41,630 bases of DNA from a virus. The translations under genes were made by a program, and so were the position numbers. Below are positions 1 to 6,542 of the stretch, one piece after another (the stretch's first letter is position 1; each line of letters begins with the position of its first letter). The DNA is taken from IMG/VR virus record IMGVR_UViG_3300033172_000005. One strand, 5' to 3'. The notes beneath the pieces are model-generated. The model ran no database searches. It had not been told where the DNA came from and was given only the letters and a program-made list of their open reading frames with translations.

Positions 1-127
1 TCCATAGGTGGGCGTGATGACAATCCAGTCATCGAAAAGCGTAGGCTGCTGAATCATGACATACCTCGTTTGTGCAGAGGGGCGAAGGCCGGCTTTGGGA
101 CCGGCCCCCGCCTCAGGAGGAGGGAAC
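1..127. repeat. Terminal direct repeat copy 1, identical to 41504..41630. Read as the assembly overlap of a circular molecule.
   Basis: The first 127 bases equal the last 127 bases. The repeat cuts through the 5' end of the ORF that starts at 41560. Confidence 0.9.
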
Positions 128-157
128 GACGAACGTCTCCGCCGCTCCGCAGAGCGG

Positions 158-385
158 CTAACGCGTGCTCTCGTGACCTTCGCTGCCAGACCGTTCCCTG
201 GCGTCAGCCGCTCTGCGCAGAGGCGCAGCGTCCAGACCGAGGCGCGCTTCCTCGCCGGCGAGATAGGTTTTCAGCGCGTAGCGGATAATCTGCGGGCGTG
301 TCGCCGGCCCGTGCTGTGACAGCCTCGTCAGCCGGTCGAACAGCTCCGGCTCTACCCGCACCAGCATCCGTTTCATTTTGCTCAT
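158..385 (-). CDS. Ribbon-helix-helix (Arc/CopG-like) DNA-binding protein. Cro-like candidate and first gene of the leftward early unit.
   Basis: MSKMKRMLVRVEPELFDRLTRLSQHG...PQIIRYALKTYL fits the strand-helix-helix pattern. The ATG at 385 is internal to track ORF 158..439. The gene is divergent from the XRE gene. Confidence 0.7.
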   Translation of the reverse strand: MSKMKRMLVRVEPELFDRLTRLSQHGPATRPQIIRYALKTYLAGEEARLGLDAAPLRRAADARERSGSEGHESTR

Positions 386-429
386 GGGCGTCTTTGTCTT
401 TGAAAAATCGAAAACGTAATCTGACCAAC

Positions 430-458
430 ATTCTAGCACGCAGTACGACGGTTGTCAA
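430..458 (-). promoter_or_regulatory. Sigma70-type promoter TTGACA-N17-TAGAAT with TGn extended -10, driving the RHH gene.
   Basis: On the minus strand, TTGACA is at 458..453, the spacer is 17 nt, TGC precedes the -10, and TAGAAT is at 435..430. The ATG lies about 38 nt downstream of the predicted start. Confidence 0.65.
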
Positions 459-460
459 CC
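450..460. promoter_or_regulatory. 11-bp palindrome GGTTGTCAACC overlapping the -35 element. Operator candidate.
   Basis: Perfect 5+1+5 palindrome read directly from the sequence, positioned over the -35 of the leftward promoter. Confidence 0.4.
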
Positions 461-519
461 CCGAATGTAGATCATCTTTCGTTAGGCAGCATTCACCTAC
501 CGCTAATGTTTTTTAGCCC

Positions 520-525
520 TACAAT
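520..525 (+). promoter_or_regulatory. -10-like TACAAT placing the transcription start on the A of the XRE ATG. Suggests a leaderless repressor mRNA.
   Basis: TACAAT is at 520..525 and the ATG at 532. There is no SD and no good -35 (CTACCG). This matches the layout of lambda PRM/cI. Confidence 0.35.
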
Positions 526-531
526 AGCGCC

Positions 532-942
532 ATGAATGCCAGGCAAATGGGGTGGAGAATACGCATGTCACGCGACGACCTGGGGCTTACTCAGGAGGAG
601 CTAGCCGCACGCACCGGCATTAGCCGCCCATATCTCACGACTATAGAGAAAGGGCGCGCCGACAACGTCGGCATACGCATCATCGAATCGCTCGCCGACG
701 CCCTCGGCGTCACCGTCAACTACCTGCTGGGCCTCAGCGACAACCCGCTGCCGGATGACGCGCGCACGCTCGCCGAATCCGCCGTCGTCTACGAGGTGGA
801 CAGCATCTCTCAGCGTCGCCGCGTCCAGCGCATGCTCGACCTATTCACCGCCCTCGACGAACCGGGCCAGGAGATGGCCCTGCGCCTGATGGAAACCGTA
901 CGCGATACCTATCAGCCCCGGATCATAGGTAATGACAGTTGA
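532..942 (+). CDS. XRE-family helix-turn-helix repressor (CI-like).
   Basis: LGLTQEELAARTGISRPYLTTIEKGRADNVGIRIIESLADALGVTVNYLLG is a classic HTH_3/XRE pattern. No S24 peptidase domain is present. Confidence 0.85.
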   Translation: MNARQMGWRIRMSRDDLGLTQEELAARTGISRPYLTTIEKGRADNVGIRIIESLADALGVTVNYLLGLSDNPLPDDARTLAESAVVYEVDSISQRRRVQRMLDLFTALDEPGQEMALRLMETVRDTYQPRIIGNDS

Positions 943-962
943 AGAGCGTCTCGACCTGCTGA

Positions 963-995
963 CAAAAATATGCCGGCGCCTATTGCGGCGCCGGC
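963..995 (-). terminator. Intrinsic terminator between the convergent XRE and zinc-ribbon genes.
   Basis: Perfect 9-bp stem: GCCGGCGCC 972..980 pairs with GGCGCCGGC 987..995. On the minus strand it is followed by AUAUUUUUG (963..971). Confidence 0.55.
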
Positions 996-1039
996 GAGTC
1001 TGGCTCTACTGGACGGTAAGCGGCTGGATTGTGCTGTAA

Positions 1040-1077
1040 CCTAACTCTATGCCTAGAGTTAGGCCTAGCTTCTAGGC
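1040..1077. repeat. Two adjacent hairpins built from GCCTAGA/TCTAGGC motifs just downstream of the zinc-ribbon gene.
   Basis: CCTAACTCTA 1040..1049 pairs with TAGAGTTAGG 1054..1063. GCCTAG 1063..1068 pairs with CTAGGC 1072..1077. The same 7-mer recurs around the tRNA fragment. Confidence 0.5.
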
Positions 1078-1275
1078 CTAATCGAGGAAGCGGCCCGCGC
1101 TGTCGCGCGAATGATAGCGCAGCGGATGGCCGCAGATCGGGCAGCGCCGCTCCGTCGTTCGGCGAAACAGCGTCAGCGGGAAAAACAAGATCTTAAACGG
1201 CAGAATAAACAACGTCGTCAGGCAGCCCTCAGACGTGGACCGCGTGCACTGGCTGCAATCGCGACATTTGCCCAT
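1078..1275 (-). CDS. Small membrane-anchored zinc-ribbon protein (65 aa). Candidate lysogeny-expressed moron.
   Basis: MGKCRDCSQCTRS...LTTLFILPFKILFFPLTLF...RRCPICGHPL has cysteine pairs flanking one hydrophobic helix. A strong SD (GAGAGGAG) lies 6 nt before the ATG at 1275. Confidence 0.75.
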   Translation of the reverse strand: MGKCRDCSQCTRSTSEGCLTTLFILPFKILFFPLTLFRRTTERRCPICGHPLRYHSRDSAGRFLD

Positions 1276-1312
1276 CTCGACTCCTCTCGTTAGGTATGGC
1301 TCGGCATGCATC

Positions 1313-1321
1313 AGTATAGCA
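1313..1321 (-). promoter_or_regulatory. Extended -10 promoter candidate (TGC-TATACT) for the zinc-ribbon gene.
   Basis: Minus strand reads TGCTATACT at 1321..1313. The -35 is weak. Confidence 0.35.
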
Positions 1322-1426
1322 CATCTCACGTCCGGCGCAGCCGCCCGCGGCACACACACCGGACGATAAATCGACCGCACCGGCGATTATCGCCACACCC
1401 GGCAGACGCCGCGGCCCGCGCAAATG

Positions 1427-1459
1427 TCACGTCTCGCGACCCGCCGAACATCACGTCTC
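1427..1459 (+). repeat. Direct repeats TCACGTCTC (1427..1435 and 1451..1459). Candidate recombinase arm sites.
   Basis: Two exact 9-mers 24 bp apart. The CACGTCT core recurs at 1574..1580. Confidence 0.4.
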
Positions 1460-1510
1460 CCGCCTAGACCATAGCCGTGTGCGCTAACCTCGTTCCCGTG
1501 TGGTTCGCGG

Positions 1511-1555
1511 TTCACATCCGTGAGGTCGGGGGTTCAAGTCCCTCCTCGCCCACCA
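1511..1555 (+). other. 3' portion of a tRNA gene (variable-arm-like hairpin, T-arm, acceptor 3' strand, CCA). Candidate attP core.
   Basis: GGGGG-TTCAAGT-CCCTC T-arm at 1528..1544, then CTCGCCC-A-CCA at 1545..1555. No matching 5' acceptor strand (GGGCGAG) lies upstream, so this is not a complete tRNA. The integrase gene follows directly. Confidence 0.55.
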
Positions 1556-1563
1556 ACTGCCCA

Positions 1564-1610
1564 GCGCAGACCGCACGTCTAGGCCCCACGCCTAGCCGTG
1601 CGGTCTGCGC
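1564..1610. repeat. 14-bp perfect inverted repeat with a nested CTAGG/CCTAG hairpin, between the tRNA fragment and int.
   Basis: GCGCAGACCGCACG 1564..1577 pairs with CGTGCGGTCTGCGC 1597..1610. No U-tract follows on either strand. Confidence 0.6.
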
Positions 1611-1663
1611 GTCTAGGGCCCGGAATAATTATCCGCATAGTAGAAGGGATAGGTATCACGTCC

Positions 1664-2560
1664 ATGAAACTCTCTCAGGCGCTCACAGGCTACTGGCTCG
1701 CCCGCCGGCGCACACTCAGACCCAACACCCAGCGCGACTACGCACTCCACTACAACCGGCTGCTCAATTATCTGCACGACCCGCTCATCGACGACATCAC
1801 CGCCGCCGACATCCATCGCTATCTCGACTATGTGCAGACGCGCTATAAGCTCGGCCCGAAGACGCTCAGCAACGTCTGGATCGCCCTCTCCGCCCTGTGG
1901 TCGTGGGCCGAGGTCGAGTTAAACATCCCGCACATCATCCGCGGCCAGGTGCCGCGGCCCCGCTATCGCCGCCCGCCCATCCTGCCCTACACCGAGGCGG
2001 ATCTGCGCGCCCTGCTCCTCGCCGCCGAACGCGACGCCGGCCGCCATATGCGCCATGACGCCCTGCGCGACCGCGCCATCCTCCTCACCCTGATCGACTC
2101 GGGCCTGCGCGCCTCGGAGCTGTGCGATCTCACCCTGCGCGACTACGACGCCGAGACCGGACGCCTCAACGTGCGCCACGGCAAAGGCGACAAACAGCGC
2201 GTCGTCTTCGCCGGCGACGGCGTGCGCCGCGCCCTGTGGAAATACCTGGCGACCCGCCCAGAGGCCGCGCCGGGCGACCCGCTCTTCGCCACGCGCAACA
2301 ACACCGCCATCAACCGCACCAACCTGCTGCAACTCATCGTGCGCACCGCCGCCCGCGCCGGCGTCTCCAACGCCAACGTGCACAAGTTCCGCCACACGTT
2401 CGCCATCACATTCCTGCGCAACGGCGGCAACCTGCTCGAGCTGCAGCGCCTGCTCGGCCACGAGCGCATGGACACGCTGCATATCTACGTCCAACTGGCG
2501 CAACAGGACCTCGCCGCGGCCCAGCGCAGCGCCAGCCCGGTCGATCGCTGGCGGCTCTAG
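1664..2560 (+). CDS. int: Tyrosine integrase (XerC/D-like, 298 aa).
   Basis: C-terminal motifs HKFRHTFAITFLRNGG and LLGHERMDTLHIYV give the R..HxxR..Y catalytic pattern. The N-terminal SAM-like region reads ITAADIHRYLDYV. ATG at 1664 (MKLSQAL). Confidence 0.9.
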   Translation: MKLSQALTGYWLARRRTLRPNTQRDYALHYNRLLNYLHDPLIDDITAADIHRYLDYVQTRYKLGPKTLSNVWIALSALWSWAEVELNIPHIIRGQVPRPRYRRPPILPYTEADLRALLLAAERDAGRHMRHDALRDRAILLTLIDSGLRASELCDLTLRDYDAETGRLNVRHGKGDKQRVVFAGDGVRRALWKYLATRPEAAPGDPLFATRNNTAINRTNLLQLIVRTAARAGVSNANVHKFRHTFAITFLRNGGNLLELQRLLGHERMDTLHIYVQLAQQDLAAAQRSASPVDRWRL

Positions 2561-2775
2561 GCCCCCGTCGACGCCGCCTGCTCGTCCGCCCTTTCCAGCA
2601 TCCGCTGGTAGGCCAGAATCGCGCCCCGGTTCAGGTCAATCGCCTCGCGCAGCGCCTTCGCCTGCGCCTCCGCCTCGCCCAGCTGCGCCCGCGCGCTGCG
2701 CAGCCCCTGCTCCAACTGCTGAATCTGCTGCTCGATATATTGCCTATCCACTGTCTCTCTCCGCCTTAGGTTCAA
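2557..2775 (-). CDS. Small coiled-coil protein, last gene of the tail operon.
   Basis: Q/E/L-rich heptad-like sequence IEQQIQQLEQGLRSARAQLGEAEAQAKALREA. The likely start is the GTG at 2751, behind a GGAGAG SD. Its stop codon overlaps the int stop, in convergent orientation. Confidence 0.55.
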   Translation of the reverse strand: MNLRRRETVDRQYIEQQIQQLEQGLRSARAQLGEAEAQAKALREAIDLNRGAILAYQRMLERADEQAASTGA

Positions 2776-3067
2776 CCTCGCCTAGCCACTCGCCTAGCGC
2801 CGCGCTGCGCTCTGCCGTCTTGTCCGCCAGACGGCTGCGCATTTCGCCCTGCTCTACATCGCGGTCCGCCTCTTGCACCAGGCGGAACCAGTATTGGATC
2901 ACGTCGTCCAACAGCGCCTCCAGCCGTTGTTTCGGCGTCGGGTCAGGCGCGTCCAGATTGTGCCATGTGAGCGCCGACACCTCCTCCAGAAACGGCTGCG
3001 CTTTGCTGTCGGGAACGGAGCGCGTGACCGTGATCGGACCGACCGTAATGCTGATTGTCGCCATCAT
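2744..3067 (-). CDS. Hypothetical protein downstream of the tail fibres.
   Basis: ATG-initiated ORF with non-junk composition, closely spaced with its neighbours. Confidence 0.6.
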   Translation of the reverse strand: MMATISITVGPITVTRSVPDSKAQPFLEEVSALTWHNLDAPDPTPKQRLEALLDDVIQYWFRLVQEADRDVEQGEMRSRLADKTAERSAALGEWLGEVEPKAERDSG

Positions 3068-3077
3068 CTCCCCCGCT

Positions 3078-3629
3078 CTACAACATCGTCAGCGTGATCG
3101 TCGGGTCTTGTGCGAACATCACCGGCACAAACGACATGCGCACCGTCTGCGTCGAACTAGACCCGTTGATCTGCGTCATCGTCAGCGTGATCTCGCGCGT
3201 CGTCTCGTTGGACGACGCCGTGATCGCAATCGAAGTGTGGCCGAATAGCGCCTCGCTCAACTTCGTCATCGTCGCGTTGTTGTATCCAACCGTCAGCACC
3301 CACATTTGCCCGCTGGAATTTGCGCCGCCCGACACTGCCACGCCGACCAAAAACGCGCCCGCAATCACCCCCGCGCCGCTGCTGTGAATTTTACACAGCG
3401 CGGTCGCCGAGTTGTGCGGGAACGATGTTTTTTCACCGGACAGTCCGATGCCGACGGCGAACGCCTGCCGTACCGTGAACGTGTTCGCCGCAGTTAGCAC
3501 GATGTCGCGCACCTGCTGCGGGCTGGCGTATTTGTCGCGCGTGCCTTCCGCCGCGCTCGTGTCCCAGACGCCGATGCGGTCGGTTTCGGCTACGGCATCA
3601 ATTTGCGCCAGGTCGCCTAATGTCGCCAT
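3078..3629 (-). CDS. Short tail fibre or receptor-binding protein (183 aa) sharing a C-terminal domain with the 964-aa fibre.
   Basis: The C-terminal ~50 aa (TMTKLSEALFGHTSIAITASSNETTREITLTMTQINGSSS...) is about 50% identical, by hand alignment, to the C-terminus of ORF 3645..6539. Confidence 0.65.
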   Translation of the reverse strand: MATLGDLAQIDAVAETDRIGVWDTSAAEGTRDKYASPQQVRDIVLTAANTFTVRQAFAVGIGLSGEKTSFPHNSATALCKIHSSGAGVIAGAFLVGVAVSGGANSSGQMWVLTVGYNNATMTKLSEALFGHTSIAITASSNETTREITLTMTQINGSSSTQTVRMSFVPVMFAQDPTITLTML

Positions 3630-3644
3630 GATATGTCCTCTCTT

Positions 3645-6539
3645 CTACAATCCCGTCCAACTGCTGATATACCGCGTCGACGCGCCGAGCGAGAGCGGTT
3701 GAACCGAAATATACACCGTGTCCGCGCCGCTCGAACCGTTTGTCTGTTTGACCGAGAGCGTGACTACTCGCGTAGTCGTGTTTATCGCCGCCGTCAATGC
3801 CAGGCTGGTCGTACCGAACAGCGAGCCGCCCAGCTCCGTCACGGTCACGGTGGTCCACGCCGTCGAAACCAGGTACGCCTTCGTCCCCAACCGCCCGCTT
3901 CCGCTCGTCGTGACGGTCGCCAACATCTGAGAGACCGTGTTTGAGCTGATGGTATACGTCGCGATGTCGGTCGTCACGTTGTGCGCCACGGACGCCTTGC
4001 TGTGATTCCACCCCAGCCCGCCGTCGCTGTATATGATGCCGGTTACGCCCAGACCGCCTGACGTTATTGAGACATCTCCGACGAGTTCTATGGCCGGACT
4101 ACGCAATTTTATTATTGTTGTGCCCAGACCCAGCTCTGATGCCGGGTTGCTCGAACCCGTTCCCGTATAAACTGCCAATGCAATGGCTCCATCGATTCCG
4201 GGTACAAGACCGCCGGATTCGATATAAAGGCCGGCCAGGGTGGAGCCGTCGGATAATTGATAGATTTCCGATTCGACGGTATCGTCACGCGCGAATTTGA
4301 CCGACAAATCGAGCGAATAGACGCCCGTGTAACTATTGATCGTGAGTCCGTCCTCATCCAGCACCACGGACCCCTCGCCCGCCATCAATTTGCCGTCGCT
4401 GGCTCTCGCCCGCCACTGCCAGTCGCCGCCGTTTTTCCCGCCCAGATACGTGCCGTCCCACAGCAGACCCGTCGTGGATGAACCGGCGAAGTAAAACTGC
4501 CCGGAGCTGTTCATGTACGTGCGCCAGGCCGTGCCGTTCCAATAGCCCATGCGCGTGGCATCCATGTACAGCCCCGCCGCCCTGCCCGTCATGGTCAACG
4601 TCGCCCCAGGCAGCACCGCCGTGACCAGCCGGTTACTGCTATCCAGCCCGCTGTACGCCCGCCCCGCGCCGGTTTTCTCATTGGCGTTGACGCGCTTGTA
4701 GGTCGAGCCGTCGCTCACGTTGTCCAGGTTGGCGTCGCTCAGATTGCCGATGCCGCTGCCGCCCGTGATCGTGATGCTGCCGCGTACGGCCAGCGTGCCC
4801 GCCGTCTGATTCCAGGCCAGGCCGGGGCCGGACCCGACATTGCCCAGCACGAGGTCGCCGGCGTTGTTCATGTACGTGCGCCACGCGCCGCCGTCGTAAT
4901 AGCCCATATGCGACGCGCTTAGATACAGCCCCGCACCGCCTGGCGGCGCCAGCGGCGCGGGAATGCCGCTGAGGTCCTGGCTCCAGTCCACCGTCGATTT
5001 CGTCGCCAGCGCCCCGGCGTCAGCAAAATTGCTCAGCCCCGTGCTGCCCTGCGCAATGACCATCTGTCCGCGCAGATACACATTGTCCGCCCACAGCCCG
5101 TAGCCGTCCAGCGTGCCGCCGAAGGCCGCGTCCGTGATGCCCGTCAGCTTGCCCAGGCGCACTTTCACTTTGCCCGGCGTATTCCAATCGGCGTGTGTAC
5201 GCACGCCGTCCACCACGTCGATGTACGGCGCGTTGGAGTCGTCCGCCGTCAGGTAAACCGATCCCTGCCGCGTCGTATCCGTGCTGCCCAGGCGCACCAG
5301 GTCGTCGCCCACCTGCGGCAGGTCGCCGCCCACCCAGGCGGCGGTGTAGGTGAACAGATCGAGCACGCGCCCAACCGTCAGGTTGACCTGGCGCACCACA
5401 TCGTATTCGCTGCCGTCCCAATTTACCTGCTGCGTCCGCAGCGCGTCTCCATCGATAAATCCGTGATAGAGGTCGTGGTCGTCGTCGGTCGGGTCCTCGC
5501 GCGTGTCGATGGTGTAAACGCGGGTGTCGAACTCGGCGTCCGCCGTCGAGCCGCCCGTCTCAAATTCCCGGCGCACCGTCGAGCCGCCCGTCTCAAATTC
5601 CCAGTCATGATCCGGCCCGTCGAGCTTGGCGATTTCGCTCGACGACGTGACGAATACGCTGCCGTTGGTCGCCCGAATCTGCTGGATCAGCAGTTCGTAG
5701 ACGCGCAGCCGCCCGCGCACGGTCAAGTTGTCCAGCTCGCCGCTGGCCTTGCCCGCCTCGGTCACGCCCATGTCGAACCGATACCCGCTGCCCGTGAAGC
5801 CGCTGACGAAAAGGTCATTGCTCGCCAGCACCTTCAGTTGCAGCGTGCCGAACCCGTCATTGGCCGTGGAGAGCAGGGATTGCGACGTGCCCGGATTCGA
5901 CGTGCTGCTAACCTGATGGACGTGCGTGTCCGTCGATACGCCGTTGACCGTCGCGACGGTCAACGTGCCGGGCGTGCCGAGCGTTAATCGGTTCGTGCTG
6001 AACGTCAGGCCGCTGTGCGTGGCCAGTTCGATGCGCAGCTTGCTCGATACGTCGAAACCCAGTCCGGAATTGGCGCTCGCCAGGTCCACAAACACCTGGT
6101 CATCCGACGTGTCAATCCCCGCTCCGCCGCCCACATACAGCCCGCCATTCACGTCGAAACCCAGTCCGGGCTCATTCACGCTCGACAGCTTGACGCCCAC
6201 CTGCTGCCCGCCGCCGCCCAACAGGATGCCGTTGCCCGCCGTCGCCGGGTCATGGTGCGCCGCCGCATTCGCCGCGTGCGCCGAGATGTCCACCCCGTCG
6301 ATCAGCACGCCGGCCTCGACGGGCAGATTGCCCGTCAAGCTGCGGCCGCCGGCGCGCATCAAGAACTGCGGCGCCTGGCTGTCCGCCAGCGTCCCGTCGT
6401 GATACGCCCCGCTCAACGCGTGTTTCGCCATCTCGCCCGTCGCGCCGCCGCCGCCGCCCGCGCCGGCCATCGCCTCGTTGATCCAGCGCACAACGTACGG
6501 TTTCAATTCACGCGCCAGTTTGCCCAGCGTCTGCGCCAT
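3645..6539 (-). CDS. Large tail fibre or host-specificity protein (964 aa).
   Basis: Lies downstream of the tape measure and tail hub genes. Has a Gly-rich N-terminus, G/T/S-rich beta-like repeats, and the internal repeat GLY(L/M)xAxxMGYxxGxAWRTYMN twice. Confidence 0.8.
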   Translation of the reverse strand: MAQTLGKLARELKPYVVRWINEAMAGAGGGGGATGEMAKHALSGAYHDGTLADSQAPQFLMRAGGRSLTGNLPVEAGVLIDGVDISAHAANAAAHHDPATAGNGILLGGGGQQVGVKLSSVNEPGLGFDVNGGLYVGGGAGIDTSDDQVFVDLASANSGLGFDVSSKLRIELATHSGLTFSTNRLTLGTPGTLTVATVNGVSTDTHVHQVSSTSNPGTSQSLLSTANDGFGTLQLKVLASNDLFVSGFTGSGYRFDMGVTEAGKASGELDNLTVRGRLRVYELLIQQIRATNGSVFVTSSSEIAKLDGPDHDWEFETGGSTVRREFETGGSTADAEFDTRVYTIDTREDPTDDDHDLYHGFIDGDALRTQQVNWDGSEYDVVRQVNLTVGRVLDLFTYTAAWVGGDLPQVGDDLVRLGSTDTTRQGSVYLTADDSNAPYIDVVDGVRTHADWNTPGKVKVRLGKLTGITDAAFGGTLDGYGLWADNVYLRGQMVIAQGSTGLSNFADAGALATKSTVDWSQDLSGIPAPLAPPGGAGLYLSASHMGYYDGGAWRTYMNNAGDLVLGNVGSGPGLAWNQTAGTLAVRGSITITGGSGIGNLSDANLDNVSDGSTYKRVNANEKTGAGRAYSGLDSSNRLVTAVLPGATLTMTGRAAGLYMDATRMGYWNGTAWRTYMNSSGQFYFAGSSTTGLLWDGTYLGGKNGGDWQWRARASDGKLMAGEGSVVLDEDGLTINSYTGVYSLDLSVKFARDDTVESEIYQLSDGSTLAGLYIESGGLVPGIDGAIALAVYTGTGSSNPASELGLGTTIIKLRSPAIELVGDVSITSGGLGVTGIIYSDGGLGWNHSKASVAHNVTTDIATYTISSNTVSQMLATVTTSGSGRLGTKAYLVSTAWTTVTVTELGGSLFGTTSLALTAAINTTTRVVTLSVKQTNGSSGADTVYISVQPLSLGASTRYISSWTGL
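5543..5602. repeat. 33-bp tandem duplication inside the tail fibre gene.
   Basis: CCGTCGAGCCGCCCGTCTCAAATTCCC occurs at 5543..5569 and 5576..5602. It encodes EFETGGST twice. Confidence 0.85.
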
Positions 6540-6542
6540 GCT

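Noticed and set aside
1-127. Biological direct terminal repeat or LTR-like element.
   Set aside because: The identity is exactly 127 bp and it interrupts a coding sequence, which is better explained by a circular assembly overlap.
1466-1555. Complete tRNA gene, or the 3' end of a tmRNA.
   Set aside because: The T-arm and 3' acceptor are clear. However, no 5' acceptor strand complementary to CTCGCCC and no convincing anticodon or D arm could be folded upstream. The acceptor end also lacks the G3:U70-type ...TCCACCA ending expected for tmRNA. It is treated as an attP tRNA fragment.
3078-3860. Diversity-generating retroelement (template and variable repeat) acting on the tail fibre C-termini.
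   Set aside because: The two C-terminal regions are similar only at the protein level. No near-identical DNA repeat with adenine-specific differences is present, and no reverse transcriptase gene is present.
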